From NCBI GenBank assembly GCA_002269645.1, contig NIVC01005208.1, positions 1-21,273 of the forward strand: a stretch of 21,273 nucleotides of DNA, written 5' to 3'. The notes beneath the pieces are model-generated. The model saw nothing but the letters and a program-made list of their open reading frames with translations, ran no database searches and was not told the DNA's origin. Of this stretch, positions 20,740 to 21,273 are shown one piece after another (position 1 is the first letter of the stretch; every line of letters starts with the position of its first letter). Made by a program: the position numbers and the translations under genes. This DNA is from Macrostomum lignano. Lineage: Eukaryota.

Positions 20740-21273
20740 AGGGGTCGCGTGGCTGTGTAAGGGCGGAGCCAGGATGTTTCTGCGACGCAATCTCCTAGAA
20801 GCAGCAGACTTGGATGAGAATAATAGGCGCTGAAACTGATGCGGGCAGTTGAGGGAGAGAATGGTTTCGATATCCCCGCCCCGGCATCGCCATTATTATT
20901 TGAAGCTTTTCCTCTCGGCGCCTTGCCAGAGTCGAGAGTCTATTGTGCTCCGAGGCCCGCCGCTTGTCAGTCAAAATAAATTTTTGAAAGAGAGAACATG
21001 GGGGCGGGCGGCATAGCGCTTAGAAGACGGCGCTCGGAGCTCTAAGTGAGTTCTGGGACCAGCGCGTGGCTAAAGCCCCAACCCTCCGCTTCCTCTCCCA
21101 TGCTCAACCATCGGCTCTTTTCCTCAATTCAACTTGCCGAAAAATTGGGACCAAAAATTCAACAGGATTGTGGGCCCCGCCCCCCTCAATTCTCGGACCA
21201 TTTTCCTTCTCTATTCTGTGTGGCGCCCCCTGTGGCGCGAGATAAAATGTGAAAAGGTGTGAGGAGAGCCCGG
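20740..21273. promoter_or_regulatory. GC/CpG-rich segment with several GC boxes (possible promoter or enhancer)
   Basis: GGGCGG/CCGCCC motifs near 20761, 20876, 21002 and 21177. No recognisable coding product. Weak evidence. Confidence 0.25.

Larger units (their letters stand above)
8921..21273 (+). other. Probable large (>12 kb) intron splitting the PREP homeodomain
   Basis: Strong GTGAGT donor at 8921. A manual scan found no HPYP...QVNNW or FINARRR exon downstream in the window. Confidence 0.6.

Overview
Animal (eukaryotic) genomic DNA, not prokaryotic. The main gene is a + strand TALE-class homeobox gene of the PREP/PKNOX type. One exon (~7031-7470) encodes the whole MEINOX/HM (PBX-binding) domain. 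The next exon (~8379-8920) encodes a long Ala/His/Gln/Gly-rich linker and helix 1 of the homeodomain, ending at the conserved QHLx|HPYP intron. I found neither the start exon nor the rest of the homeodomain in the window. At the left edge, an ORF missing from the supplied track (733 to <2, minus strand, open off the window) encodes a THAP zinc finger followed by a P-element-transposase-like region. Roughly 7.5 kb of the window is nine minisatellite arrays (16-34 bp units), several with exact higher-order duplications. One array sits inside a hAT-like MITE. Points of interest: six TGATTGAC (PBX-PREP) sites around the PREP gene itself, a 22-bp intronic array made of repeated splice-acceptor-like units that would yield homeodomain-less protein, and arrays whose units match HSE, ARE, E2F and GATA motifs. 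The repeat landscape and coding style resemble a flatworm such as Macrostomum, but that is a guess.
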